From NCBI GenBank assembly GCA_043822705.1, contig JBDRBK010000186.1, positions 1 through 14,929 on the forward strand: a stretch of DNA of 14,929 nt, given 5' to 3'. Each line of letters opens with the position of its first letter. The first letter of the stretch is position 1. Source of the stretch: Fidelibacterota bacterium. Lineage in GTDB: Bacteria > Fidelibacterota > Marinisomatia > Marinisomatales > TCS56. This document shows, piece after piece, positions 1-8,019 of this stretch. The position numbers and the translations under genes are program-made. The notes under the pieces are model-generated. The model did no database searches, was not told the origin of the DNA, and was given only the letters and a program-made list of their open reading frames with translations.

Positions 1-2370
1 GGCGGGTTGCTGCTGCCGCAGACTGTTGCCTGCGTTTTTCAGCGCCTCGTCGGCGTTCTCGGCCAGTTCCGATTGACGCAACTGGTCCAGTTCCGCGGCC
101 AGCGGCGGGCTGAATTTTTCCACGGCGTCGGCGGCCTGTTCCATAACCCCGCGGATGTGATCGAATTCTTCGCTGTTGCGCTGTTCTTCCTGGGCCATCC
201 GGGCCAGGTCCGACGGCTCCGTTTCTGGACCGGCGCGCTGAATTTTCTCATCCAGACCGGCCTGTTGTTCGACCAACTGTTCCAGCCGCTCGCGGACTTC
301 CTCCATTTTCTGCTCGGCCCGGATGCGCTCGAAGATCGCCAGGAAACGGTCCAGCTGCTGCTCCATCTGGTTCAGATTGGCCGATAATTGTTCCATGGCC
401 GACAACAGTTCCTGGGGATCGAGCTGATCCAGCGCCTCGCTCAGGCGGTCCATGCTGGCCAGCAGTTCCGGCGAAATCAGTTCCGCTATCAGCTCCTTCA
501 ACTGGCGGAATTTTTCCAGCATATCCTCGGAAAAGAGACCGTGTTTTTCGGCCGACTCCGCCAACTGGTCCAGCGCTTCGGAAAAATTCTTCATCTGTTC
601 GACTTTTTCGCGGGCTTCTTCCAGTGATTCCCGTAGCGCCTGCTGTTGTTCCCAGTTGATATCCTCACGTTTCAGCAATTCCAGTTGGGCCTGTTCCAGC
701 TTGTTGTTCAGGATTTCCAGGTCGTCCGCTTCCAGTTCGAGCTCTTGCGACAGGTCGGCTTCGCCCTGTTCCAGTTTCTCAAACAGATCGGCCAGCGACG
801 GCAGCCGGGCGATGAAATTGGCGGAAACCGATTTTTTCGGTCCCGAGACGTCATCGTTGTCGTAGAGTTCGAAGTGATAGTGAACCTCGTCTTCCGGGAA
901 TAAATCCAGGTCGGTCAAATCCCAGATCGAGAAAACCTCCTGGGAGGGGGCGGCCGGAGCGATTTCGCTGATGGCGAATATGGCGGTGTAGGGTTCGGCG
1001 GCGGCGAAGGCCGGGCGACGGACTTCATAACCGACCTGGAGCTTGGAAAAACCGAAATCGTCGCTGATCGACAGGTGCAGCGGCAGAATCTGATCCTCGC
1101 CCAGTTCCACCACCGGCGCCGGCCGGATGACTTTCAGGTCGGGCGGCAGGTCGGGAATCATCTGCAGATGGTATTTTATCGGCTCGCGGTTGGCAATTCC
1201 CCGGCGGTCGCTGATATGGACCGAGAAGATTCCATCCGTGCGCAGGTTAAACTGGCCTTCGGCCCGGCGGCCGCGCACCGTCAGCGGTACGGACTTGTCA
1301 TTGAGACTGAGGAAACCGCCGGATAGCGGGCGGTTGGCGGTCAGATTCAGACTCACCGTCGAGCCGCGCAGACCCTGGACGCTGGCCTGATTGCCTTTCT
1401 GGGAACTGGCTTTCAGGCCGGTGTAGCGTGGCGGAATCACAGTAATCGTGAAATCCACAAAAGCCGGCCGGTCGGTCACCGAGATCCGGTGGGTGGCCGA
1501 ACTGACTTCTTTCCAGGATTGCCAAAAATACCGGGCTGGTACGAAAGCCCGGTAACGGTAGTCCTGGTAGACCTCGGTCAGGTTCAGTACATAGACTCCC
1601 GGTGACTGAGCCGCCACCCGGTGTAGTACCGGTGCGGTGCGGGCCAGGTTAGTATCGCCGGCCAGTACGGTTGTCGGGATCAATTCCAGCGTGACCGAAT
1701 CGGGATTGGCGCCGATGCTCTGGATGCTGATTTCGATGTTTTCACCTCCCAGGATGCTGATATCCTGGCTGTGACTGAGCAGGTGGAACGGTTTCGGCAC
1801 TGGAAATTCACTGCGCGGGTGAGCCCAGCGATATATTGCAGAAGTGGTGGGAATCCAAAACAGGAACAATGTCAGAATGAAGCCGATTTGCAGCAGTAGG
1901 GTGGTCAGCTTCCAGCGCTGCAGTTGCCGCCGCGGGAAAACCGCATCCGGGTCGAGGGCCTGTAGCGTCTGATCAACCTGATCGATGAAGGCCCGCGACA
2001 GGGCCGGGGCGCTGCTGCCGCCGAGGGTGCGTTCCAGTTGCAGGGCGTTGATGACCGTGTCGGTTTTGGGAAAGACCAGTCCGCCGATCTTCCGGGCCAG
2101 CACTGTTTGCCGATAACGTTTGATCCGGTTGAGAACGATCAGCAGGGCTAGGACCAGGCCGGCGGCGACCGCGATCAGCAGCAAAAACAGGCTGGCTTTC
2201 CAGACGCCGAAGCGCAAGGCGGGACTCAGATAGAAAACACTTTCGGTCAGCAGTGCGAACAGGACGGTCGTCAGCACCAGACTGTAGCCAAACCAGGCCA
2301 GTGCCTGCAGGTCGGTTTTCAGGGCGGCGCGCCGGAAATTACGCAGGTGCCGGGCGATGGGAGCGGTCAT
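1..2370 (-). CDS. DUF4175-like large membrane-anchored protein (N-terminal TM helices, Ig-like domains, long acidic coiled coil); 3' end runs off the window
   Basis: Not in the ORF track because no stop lies in the window. Manual translation from ATG at 2370-2368 (ATGA overlap with the DUF4159 stop) is open for 790 codons: MTAPIARHLRNFRRAALKTDLQALAWFGYSLVLTTVLFALLTESVFYLSP...VINALQL...PPRYTG...PDLPP...ISDDFGFSKL...PEDEVHYHFELYDNDDVSGPK...then E/Q/L-rich heptads. These motifs match my recollection of DUF4175-type proteins that accompany DUF4159. Confidence 0.8.
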   Translation of the reverse strand, partial: MTAPIARHLRNFRRAALKTDLQALAWFGYSLVLTTVLFALLTESVFYLSPALRFGVWKASLFLLLIAVAAGLVLALLIVLNRIKRYRQTVLARKIGGLVFPKTDTVINALQLERTLGGSSAPALSRAFIDQVDQTLQALDPDAVFPRRQLQRWKLTTLLLQIGFILTLFLFWIPTTSAIYRWAHPRSEFPVPKPFHLLSHSQDISILGGENIEISIQSIGANPDSVTLELIPTTVLAGDTNLARTAPVLHRVAAQSPGVYVLNLTEVYQDYRYRAFVPARYFWQSWKEVSSATHRISVTDRPAFVDFTITVIPPRYTGLKASSQKGNQASVQGLRGSTVSLNLTANRPLSGGFLSLNDKSVPLTVRGRRAEGQFNLRTDGIFSVHISDRRGIANREPIKYHLQMIPDLPPDLKVIRPAPVVELGEDQILPLHLSISDDFGFSKLQVGYEVRRPAFAAAEPYTAIFAISEIAPAAPSQEVFSIWDLTDLDLFPEDEVHYHFELYDNDDVSGPKKSVSANFIARLPSLADLFEKLEQGEADLSQELELEADDLEILNNKLEQAQLELLKREDINWEQQQALRESLEEAREKVEQMKNFSEALDQLAESAEKHGLFSEDMLEKFRQLKELIAELISPELLASMDRLSEALDQLDPQELLSAMEQLSANLNQMEQQLDRFLAIFERIRAEQKMEEVRERLEQLVEQQAGLDEKIQRAGPETEPSDLARMAQEEQRNSEEFDHIRGVMEQAADAVEKFSPPLAAELDQLRQSELAENADEALKNAGNSLRQQQPA

Positions 2371-3035
2371 TGGGTCAGGGCATACCAGATGATGTTGACA
2401 CCCATCTGCAGAGCGGCAGTACGCAGGTCCGCCGGGTCGTTATGAACTTCCTCATCCTCCCAGCCGTCCCCCAGATCGGATTCATAGCTGTAAAAGACCA
2501 TCAGCCGGTCGCCGTCGAAGAGGCCGAATCCCTGCGGTGGCTGGTTGTCGTGTTCGTGCACTTTCGGCAGGCCGTTCTTGATATCGAAGTAGCTGTGAAA
2601 AATCGGATGGTTGTGGGGAAGCTCCACCAGGTCGCGGTCCGGGAACACCCGTTTCAGCTCCCGCCGAAATGATTCGTCCAAGCCGTAATTATCGTCGACA
2701 TGCAGAAAAGCGCCCCGCAGCAGAAATTCCCGCAGGCGCTGGATTTCTTCATCACTGAACCGGATATTGCCGTGCCCGGTCAGATACAGATAGGGATAAT
2801 TGTAGATTTCATTGTCGGTCAGTTTGAGCTGAACTTCTTCCGTCGCCACTTTCATCCCGGTGCGCTGCCCCAGGTAGCGCAGCAGGTTCGGCAGACTGCT
2901 GGGATCGCTGTACCAGTCACCGCCACCGCCGTAATGGATGCGGGCCACGGTGAAGTCCTGGCCGCTTAAATTAACGGTCAGGCACAGGACTGACAGCAGG
3001 AGAGTGGAAATTATTTTGTTCATCTGATCATGCAT
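2367..3035 (-). CDS. DUF4159 domain-containing secreted protein
   Basis: 222 aa ORF. Signal-peptide-like N-terminus (true start may be MNKII at 3023). Family motifs ARIHYGGGGDWYSDP, YPYLYLTGHG, GAFLHVDD, LPHNHPIFH, DLGDGWE, ALQMGVNIIWYALT. Confidence 0.88.
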   Translation of the reverse strand: MHDQMNKIISTLLLSVLCLTVNLSGQDFTVARIHYGGGGDWYSDPSSLPNLLRYLGQRTGMKVATEEVQLKLTDNEIYNYPYLYLTGHGNIRFSDEEIQRLREFLLRGAFLHVDDNYGLDESFRRELKRVFPDRDLVELPHNHPIFHSYFDIKNGLPKVHEHDNQPPQGFGLFDGDRLMVFYSYESDLGDGWEDEEVHNDPADLRTAALQMGVNIIWYALTQ

Positions 3036-3254
3036 TTGAATAAAGCGCTTATTAATAAGGGAATTTTTCCAATTACCTCCGGTGAAATTACGAAAACCAC
3101 ATCATTTTGCTTGAATTTTCCCTGACCGGGTTTGTTCCGGTGTGGTCACTGATATATTTCCTGGTGGCAGGAGAATCTTCCTGCTTCTTAACGTCTGTCC
3201 CCGAGGAACCGGAATAGCGCAATGCAGATTTCTCTGCTTAACAAGTTTAAAAAC

Positions 3255-3283
3255 TTTAAATAACAGAAAGATTAATGTATATT
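3255..3283 (+). promoter_or_regulatory. Putative sigma70-like promoter for the T9SS cargo gene
   Basis: TTTAAA (3255-3260) - 17 nt - TATATT (3278-3283). The region is very AT-rich, so a chance match is possible. Confidence 0.35.
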
Positions 3284-3293
3284 AACACCGTTA

Positions 3294-4298
3294 ATGAATG
3301 TTATGCGGTGTTTAATGAAAAATGAGATTTTAACTGCAATCGGCGTATTAGCTTATATAACTGTTTTGTGTGGGCAGCAAAATACATTTAATAACAAGAT
3401 AACTGACCAAGCTCCTGCTTTAAAAAATCAAGCCGGTAGTGACCCTGATTTATACTCCGATTTCTTCGATTCTCAATACCGTTTTATTAATCATCCCGAC
3501 CCGGATTCGATGAATCTTACCATATTAGTTGTGGATTACGAAACCTATGAATTTGAAGGGGGGTATTATTCCACTCATCCGCCCTGTCCCACCTGTGTGC
3601 CGGATTTACTACCGTTTGACGTAATAAGTACTCCGGCAGCAGATTACGGCGACGTTGCTTTTGTATATTCAGTTACCGGTGATTCGCTTTTTTGGGGTAC
3701 TATTATCTGGATGGGATGCGGTGAAATTTTGTACCCCGACACAATTATTCCCACCAGTGAATTTCCCGAAAGCATTGATGTAATTGCACCGCCGACCAAT
3801 ATCGAATACTATTCGCTTGATTTTGAAATTACTGCCGCCGCTGATTCCGCCTGGCGGCAAGTTCAGAATCTGGATATTGTTCGGATGTATTCACAAAAGT
3901 CCTATCAAGTGGGCATTTTATTCTATACCCCCACCGTAGGTGCCTTCGATCCCGGTCCGGCCAAATGGATAATATTTTTGTACCAGGATTTGACCAGAGT
4001 CGGGGCCGGCGCCGACGGTCATCAGGCACTTCCCCAACGCTATACTCTGCACCGGAATTATCCCAATCCCTTCAATCCTGTGACCACAATCAGATACGAA
4101 TTACCGGTGCAAACTAACATTCGATTGGTAATTTACGATTTACAGGGCCGGGAAGTAGTGGTTTTAGTCGAAGGCGTTCAGGGGCCCGGGATCAGGGAAG
4201 TTCTCTGGGATGCGGCGACTGCGGCCAGCGGGATTTACTTCTATCAATTGCAGACTGAAGCCCAGGTTATTACCAAAAAACTGGTGCTGCTGAAATAG
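3294..4298 (+). CDS. Secreted protein with T9SS type-A C-terminal sorting domain
   Basis: C-terminal ~85 aa YTLHRNYPNPFNPVTTIRYELP...IYDLQGREV...ASGIYFYQL...TKKLVLLK is a typical Por/T9SS CTD. A signal peptide begins at the likely start ATG 3315 (MKNEILTAIGVLAYITVLCG). The central domain is of unknown function. Lower GC than its neighbours. Confidence 0.88.
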   Translation: MNVMRCLMKNEILTAIGVLAYITVLCGQQNTFNNKITDQAPALKNQAGSDPDLYSDFFDSQYRFINHPDPDSMNLTILVVDYETYEFEGGYYSTHPPCPTCVPDLLPFDVISTPAADYGDVAFVYSVTGDSLFWGTIIWMGCGEILYPDTIIPTSEFPESIDVIAPPTNIEYYSLDFEITAAADSAWRQVQNLDIVRMYSQKSYQVGILFYTPTVGAFDPGPAKWIIFLYQDLTRVGAGADGHQALPQRYTLHRNYPNPFNPVTTIRYELPVQTNIRLVIYDLQGREVVVLVEGVQGPGIREVLWDAATAASGIYFYQLQTEAQVITKKLVLLK

Positions 4299-4376
4299 TC
4301 CGGCACCACCTGGTTTTGCTGTAGCTGGTATTTCCGATCATCCCTGATTAACTTGGCGCTGGCGTCCGAATAAGGC

Positions 4377-4405
4377 TTGCTCCGGTCGCCGGAAGGAATT
4401 ATTTT
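4377..4405 (+). promoter_or_regulatory. Putative sigma70-like promoter
   Basis: TTGCTC (4377-4382) - 17 nt - TATTTT (4400-4405), ending 8 nt before ATG 4414. Confidence 0.5.
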
Positions 4406-4407
4406 GG

Positions 4408-6252
4408 ATGGTCATGCGCAGACCGTTATCCAGCCTCTTTTTAAGCCTGTCGATCGCTGTTGCCGGACTGTCGGCGGCCGGCACCGGTGTCGATTCCACC
4501 CTGCAGGTCGAAGCGCTGGTGCGGCAGTTCGACCAGCAACCGTCGTCGCGCTATCTGCCGGGATATAAATTCGATCGCCTGTTCCGCCGCCGGGAATTCA
4601 AGGAACCACTGCGGATAATTCCGTTGGAAATGTATTACGGACTGGGATTTTACGGCGGTTACGGCCGGCACAACAATAAATTGCCCGACGGCTGGATGAA
4701 TTACGAGGCGGCGGTCACGGGACTGCGCAGCGAGCAGTCCCAGCGGATCATCCATGAACTGGACCTGGACATCTTCCGGACCAACCTGAGCTACTATCTG
4801 CTGGGCGTGAGTTGGGCCGATATCAGCACCGGTCTGAACCTGCGCTACAGCAGTATCCTGGGCCCGCCGGATATCCCCAACGCAGACTGGGGCGCCACCC
4901 AGGCCGGCTGGGACCCGGGCAAGCGCAAATTCGATCCCCGTATTCTCGGCCTGGGCATCAGCAATGCCGTGGTTTTTCAGTGGGAGGACTGGTGGTTCCT
5001 GAATTTCCGCTATTCCTACGGCTTGGCGACAGCCCGGTTCTATTATACCGATGGCGAGGGTTTCGGGGACAGTCCCGGTGGTTGGGGTCCGGCCGTCAGT
5101 TACGATCTCGGGATCAAATTCATTCTTGATCGCGGCCAGTCGATCCAGTATTCATTCGGCGTCGACTTGCGTCATTCCTACACCCGGATCGACCGGATCG
5201 ATGATCCCAACGATGTCACGCCGATCAGCAGTTTCCGCCTACCGGCGTTTGGTCTGTATGTGACCCTGGCGGCTTTTTACGGCGGCCGGTCGACCAGCGG
5301 CGATCTGGGCAAGCAATTCTATTATCGGCGCGACTTTATCACCGCCCGGGAAAAACTGAACGCCTTTTTAGTGGAATATCCCCGCCACGCGGCCCGCGGC
5401 CGGGCGCAACGGCTGGTTGATGAATGCACAGCCCGAATTCCCGAGCAGCTTTACCGGGAAGGGCGCCGGTTCGAGCAGGATGGCGACCATCAGAAAGCGC
5501 TGGAGCGCTACCGTCAGGCCCAGGCGACGGCCGATTCGACCTTGCTGGTGGTGATCCTGGCCGCCTACGAGCGGCTGGCACTGACGCCGCTGGAACAGGC
5601 CGACGAATTGAGCGGCAGCAACCGCCTGGAGCAGGCCTATCAACTGGTGCGGGAGACAGCCGGCTATTCACAGACCGCCCAGGGGCAGCTTCCCGAATAT
5701 GAAGCCCGTCTGGCGCTGCAACGGGGGCGCGTCGCCCTGAAATATGGTTTTTATTCGAAAGCGCTGGAACAGTTCGACCGGGCCCAGGCCCTGTACCCCG
5801 CCCTGCGCGTGGAATTGGGCCAGTTGCGCTACCAGGTGGCGGCGGCCCTGATCAAGCAGGCCAACCAGGTTCAGGACCTGGAATCGATTCAACTGGCGGT
5901 CCAGTCGCTGGAAACCGCAAAGGAATTGACCGGTGGCTTGAACAAGGAAAGCAGTGCCGTGTTGGAGGAACTGCGCACGCGCCTGGCACGCTATGATGCC
6001 GGTCAGATCCAGCGGATTATCGACCGGGAAATGGCCCAGACCCGTGAAAATCTGCAGCGCGAAATCATATGGATTAAGCCGGGAATGACCATCCCGGAAG
6101 TGCAGGACATTTTAGGCGAACCCAGCGAGTGGATTCAGCAGGTCAAAGCGGATGGCAGCGACTATCAGTTATGGATTTACCGGATCGACCGCGACCGCAG
6201 CCTGAATCTGTCGTTCGCGGATTATATTCTATTTAAGATCGAACGTCCCTGA
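4408..6252 (+). CDS. Exported multidomain protein: putative outer-membrane beta-barrel + TPR repeats + C-terminal SmpA/BamE-like domain
   Basis: 614 aa ORF (probable start ATG 4414). Signal peptide MRRPLSSLFLSLSIAVAGLSA. Residues ~70-292 are aromatic/Gly-rich with alternating strands (FLNFRYSYG, VSYDLGIKF, YSFGVDLRHSY). TPR-like helices follow (GKQFYYRRDFITAREKL..FL..YP; ALERYRQA; ALEQFDRAQALYP). C-terminal IKPGMTIPEVQDILGEP motif. Confidence 0.7.
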   Translation: MVMRRPLSSLFLSLSIAVAGLSAAGTGVDSTLQVEALVRQFDQQPSSRYLPGYKFDRLFRRREFKEPLRIIPLEMYYGLGFYGGYGRHNNKLPDGWMNYEAAVTGLRSEQSQRIIHELDLDIFRTNLSYYLLGVSWADISTGLNLRYSSILGPPDIPNADWGATQAGWDPGKRKFDPRILGLGISNAVVFQWEDWWFLNFRYSYGLATARFYYTDGEGFGDSPGGWGPAVSYDLGIKFILDRGQSIQYSFGVDLRHSYTRIDRIDDPNDVTPISSFRLPAFGLYVTLAAFYGGRSTSGDLGKQFYYRRDFITAREKLNAFLVEYPRHAARGRAQRLVDECTARIPEQLYREGRRFEQDGDHQKALERYRQAQATADSTLLVVILAAYERLALTPLEQADELSGSNRLEQAYQLVRETAGYSQTAQGQLPEYEARLALQRGRVALKYGFYSKALEQFDRAQALYPALRVELGQLRYQVAAALIKQANQVQDLESIQLAVQSLETAKELTGGLNKESSAVLEELRTRLARYDAGQIQRIIDREMAQTRENLQREIIWIKPGMTIPEVQDILGEPSEWIQQVKADGSDYQLWIYRIDRDRSLNLSFADYILFKIERP

Positions 6253-6255
6253 CAG

Positions 6256-7392
6256 TTACAGCAGGTGCGCGTTCCGGGAAACGAACGACAGTTCCTGGGC
6301 GACCACCTTGATTATTCCCGCCGCCGGTACCGCCAGCAGCATGCCCAGCGGACCCAGTACCGTGCCGCCGATCAGCAGGGCGATCATCACCATCAGCGGA
6401 TGCAGCCCGACGCTTTCACCGACCAGTTTGGGCGTAATGATATTATTGTCCAACTGCTGCACAATGATGAACATCAGGATAATATCGACCAGGTAAAACG
6501 GCGATGGAATCACCAGCAGATGGTGGGCGATGGCCGCTTCGTTGCCGAGATTGTTCATGACCGCAATCAGCATCGCCGGAACCATGCCGACGAAAGGTCC
6601 CACCAGCGGAATCAGATTGGCCAGTCCGGCGATGATGCCGATGAACACCACCAGCGTCAGGTTGGCGCCGGCGGCATTGAGGATCAGCAGGCCGATCGTG
6701 GACATGAGCGCCACGCTGGCGGCCGCCATGAACTGGCCGCGCAGGTAGTTGGAAACCTGCCGCTCGATATTGAAGATCAACCGCAGTCCGATCTCGAAAT
6801 ATTTATTGGGAATGAAATGGACCATCGAGCGCTTGAAGTTGTGGTAATTCTGCAGGATGATCACCGTGAAAATGATCACCATGATGGCGGTGAAGATGAA
6901 ACCGCCGATCGAACCGGCCAGGGAACCGGCCAGCGACAGCATGTTCTGGAAATAGGCGGTGACGTTGCTGGCCAGCCCGGTCAGGCGCGAGGTCAGTCCG
7001 TCACCCTGCAGCACTGTTTCCGTGATAAACACCGGCAGCTTGTCGGCGATATTCTGCACGAAAGCCTTGATCGTCACTTCGAAATTGTATTTTGAGACCC
7101 GCTCGATGAAGGTGCTGGCCTGACCCACGAACTGGCTGATGAAGCTGCCGATAAACAGGCCGATACCGCCGGTGACGACCACGGTGATCAGCAGGACGCC
7201 CAACACCCGCTTGCCCAGCTTGCGTTCCAGCAGGTCCACGCTGGGCAGAAGAACGGTGGTTAAGAGGAAAGCGAACACCAGCATGATCACTACCGAAGAA
7301 ATATAGGGCCAGATCACATACAAAGCACCCAATAGGAGCAAGCCGACTATCAGGCGGTAAAACTGGGCCCAGGAATCAACTTGTTTAGCCAT
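6256..7392 (-). CDS. AI-2E family (PerM/TqsA-like) transporter
   Basis: 378 aa with multiple TM segments. Family motifs LLP.VD.LE, YLRGQF, LANLIPLVGP, QQLDNNIITPKLVGESVGLHP, LGPLGMLLAVP. Confidence 0.93.
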   Translation of the reverse strand: MAKQVDSWAQFYRLIVGLLLLGALYVIWPYISSVVIMLVFAFLLTTVLLPSVDLLERKLGKRVLGVLLITVVVTGGIGLFIGSFISQFVGQASTFIERVSKYNFEVTIKAFVQNIADKLPVFITETVLQGDGLTSRLTGLASNVTAYFQNMLSLAGSLAGSIGGFIFTAIMVIIFTVIILQNYHNFKRSMVHFIPNKYFEIGLRLIFNIERQVSNYLRGQFMAAASVALMSTIGLLILNAAGANLTLVVFIGIIAGLANLIPLVGPFVGMVPAMLIAVMNNLGNEAAIAHHLLVIPSPFYLVDIILMFIIVQQLDNNIITPKLVGESVGLHPLMVMIALLIGGTVLGPLGMLLAVPAAGIIKVVAQELSFVSRNAHLL

Positions 7393-7900
7393 TGGATGAT
7401 TTCTCCTGGGCCTGGGTCAGCAGGTTGTTGGTGTGCCGGAGGCGCTCCACCACTACCCGGGCCAGGTTCAACAGGATTTTATTACCCAGATCGGGATTCC
7501 GATCCAGCAGTGACATCAGGTCCGGCCGGAAAAAGCCCAGCAGGACGGTATGATCGATGGCCATCGCTGCGGCCGAGCGCGGCTCCGCGTCCAGCAGGGA
7601 CATTTCACCGAAGAAATCGCCCTCTTTCAGGACGGCAAAAACATTCCGGACGCCCTGAGCGTCTTCGGCGAAGATTTCCACCTGTCCGGACAGAATGATG
7701 AACATGCCTTCTCCGGGCGCCAGGCGTTTAAAAATATATTCCTCGGGCTTGTAAATCCGCTGGTGAATCAGCTTCTCGATCTCGCGAAATTCCCGGTTGG
7801 AAAAATCGCGGAAGATCGGTACCTGTTTCAGCGTTATGACAGTGGCGCTTTCTTCTTTTTGCCAGCCCCGAAAGATGTTTTCCCAGAATGCGTTCTTCAA
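7385..7900 (-). CDS. Stand-alone cyclic nucleotide-binding domain protein (no HTH)
   Basis: 171 aa from TTG with an upstream purine-rich SD (AGAGGGAAG). CNBD motifs LKQVPIF, MFIILSGQVEI, GDFFGEMSLLDAEPRSA, then a C-helix ERLRHTN. The protein ends before any Crp HTH. Overlaps the AI-2E start by 8 nt. Confidence 0.9.
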   Translation of the reverse strand: MKNAFWENIFRGWQKEESATVITLKQVPIFRDFSNREFREIEKLIHQRIYKPEEYIFKRLAPGEGMFIILSGQVEIFAEDAQGVRNVFAVLKEGDFFGEMSLLDAEPRSAAAMAIDHTVLLGFFRPDLMSLLDRNPDLGNKILLNLARVVVERLRHTNNLLTQAQEKSSNG

Positions 7901-7926
7901 TTTTCTTCCCTCTTACACAATGAATG

Positions 7927-7955
7927 AAAATAGCCAGTCGAACTGCTCATGTCAA
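7927..7955 (-). promoter_or_regulatory. Putative sigma70 promoter for the cNMP/AI-2E operon
   Basis: Minus strand TTGACA (7955-7950) - 17 nt - TATTTT (7932-7927), 26 nt upstream of the TTG start at 7900. Perfect -35 and optimal spacing. Confidence 0.65.
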
Positions 7956-7981
7956 TGTTAATTCCAGCTTTCATAAACCCG

Positions 7982-8011
7982 TTGCGACCTCACAATCCGG
8001 GGTTCTATTTT
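7982..8011 (+). promoter_or_regulatory. Putative sigma70-like promoter for envC-holB-metG
   Basis: TTGCGA (7982-7987) - 18 nt - TATTTT (8006-8011), ending 8 nt before in-frame GTG 8020. Confidence 0.45.
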
Positions 8012-8019
8012 CACCAGTC

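Noticed and set aside
7..1525. Several short ORFs listed in the track
   Set aside because: All overlap the continuous minus-strand frame 2370->1, which has coherent protein features.
3052..3080. Minus-strand GGAGG followed by a TTG mini-ORF (MEKFPY) upstream of DUF4159
   Set aside because: SD-to-start spacing is only 3 nt and there is no other support.
3585..3599. CPTC as a c-type heme motif
   Set aside because: It is followed by Val, not His (CxxCH is required).
6265..7095. 276-aa plus-strand His/Asp/Gln-rich ORF
   Set aside because: It is the antisense shadow of the hydrophobic AI-2E gene, and its composition follows from complementary Val/Ile/Leu/Met codons.
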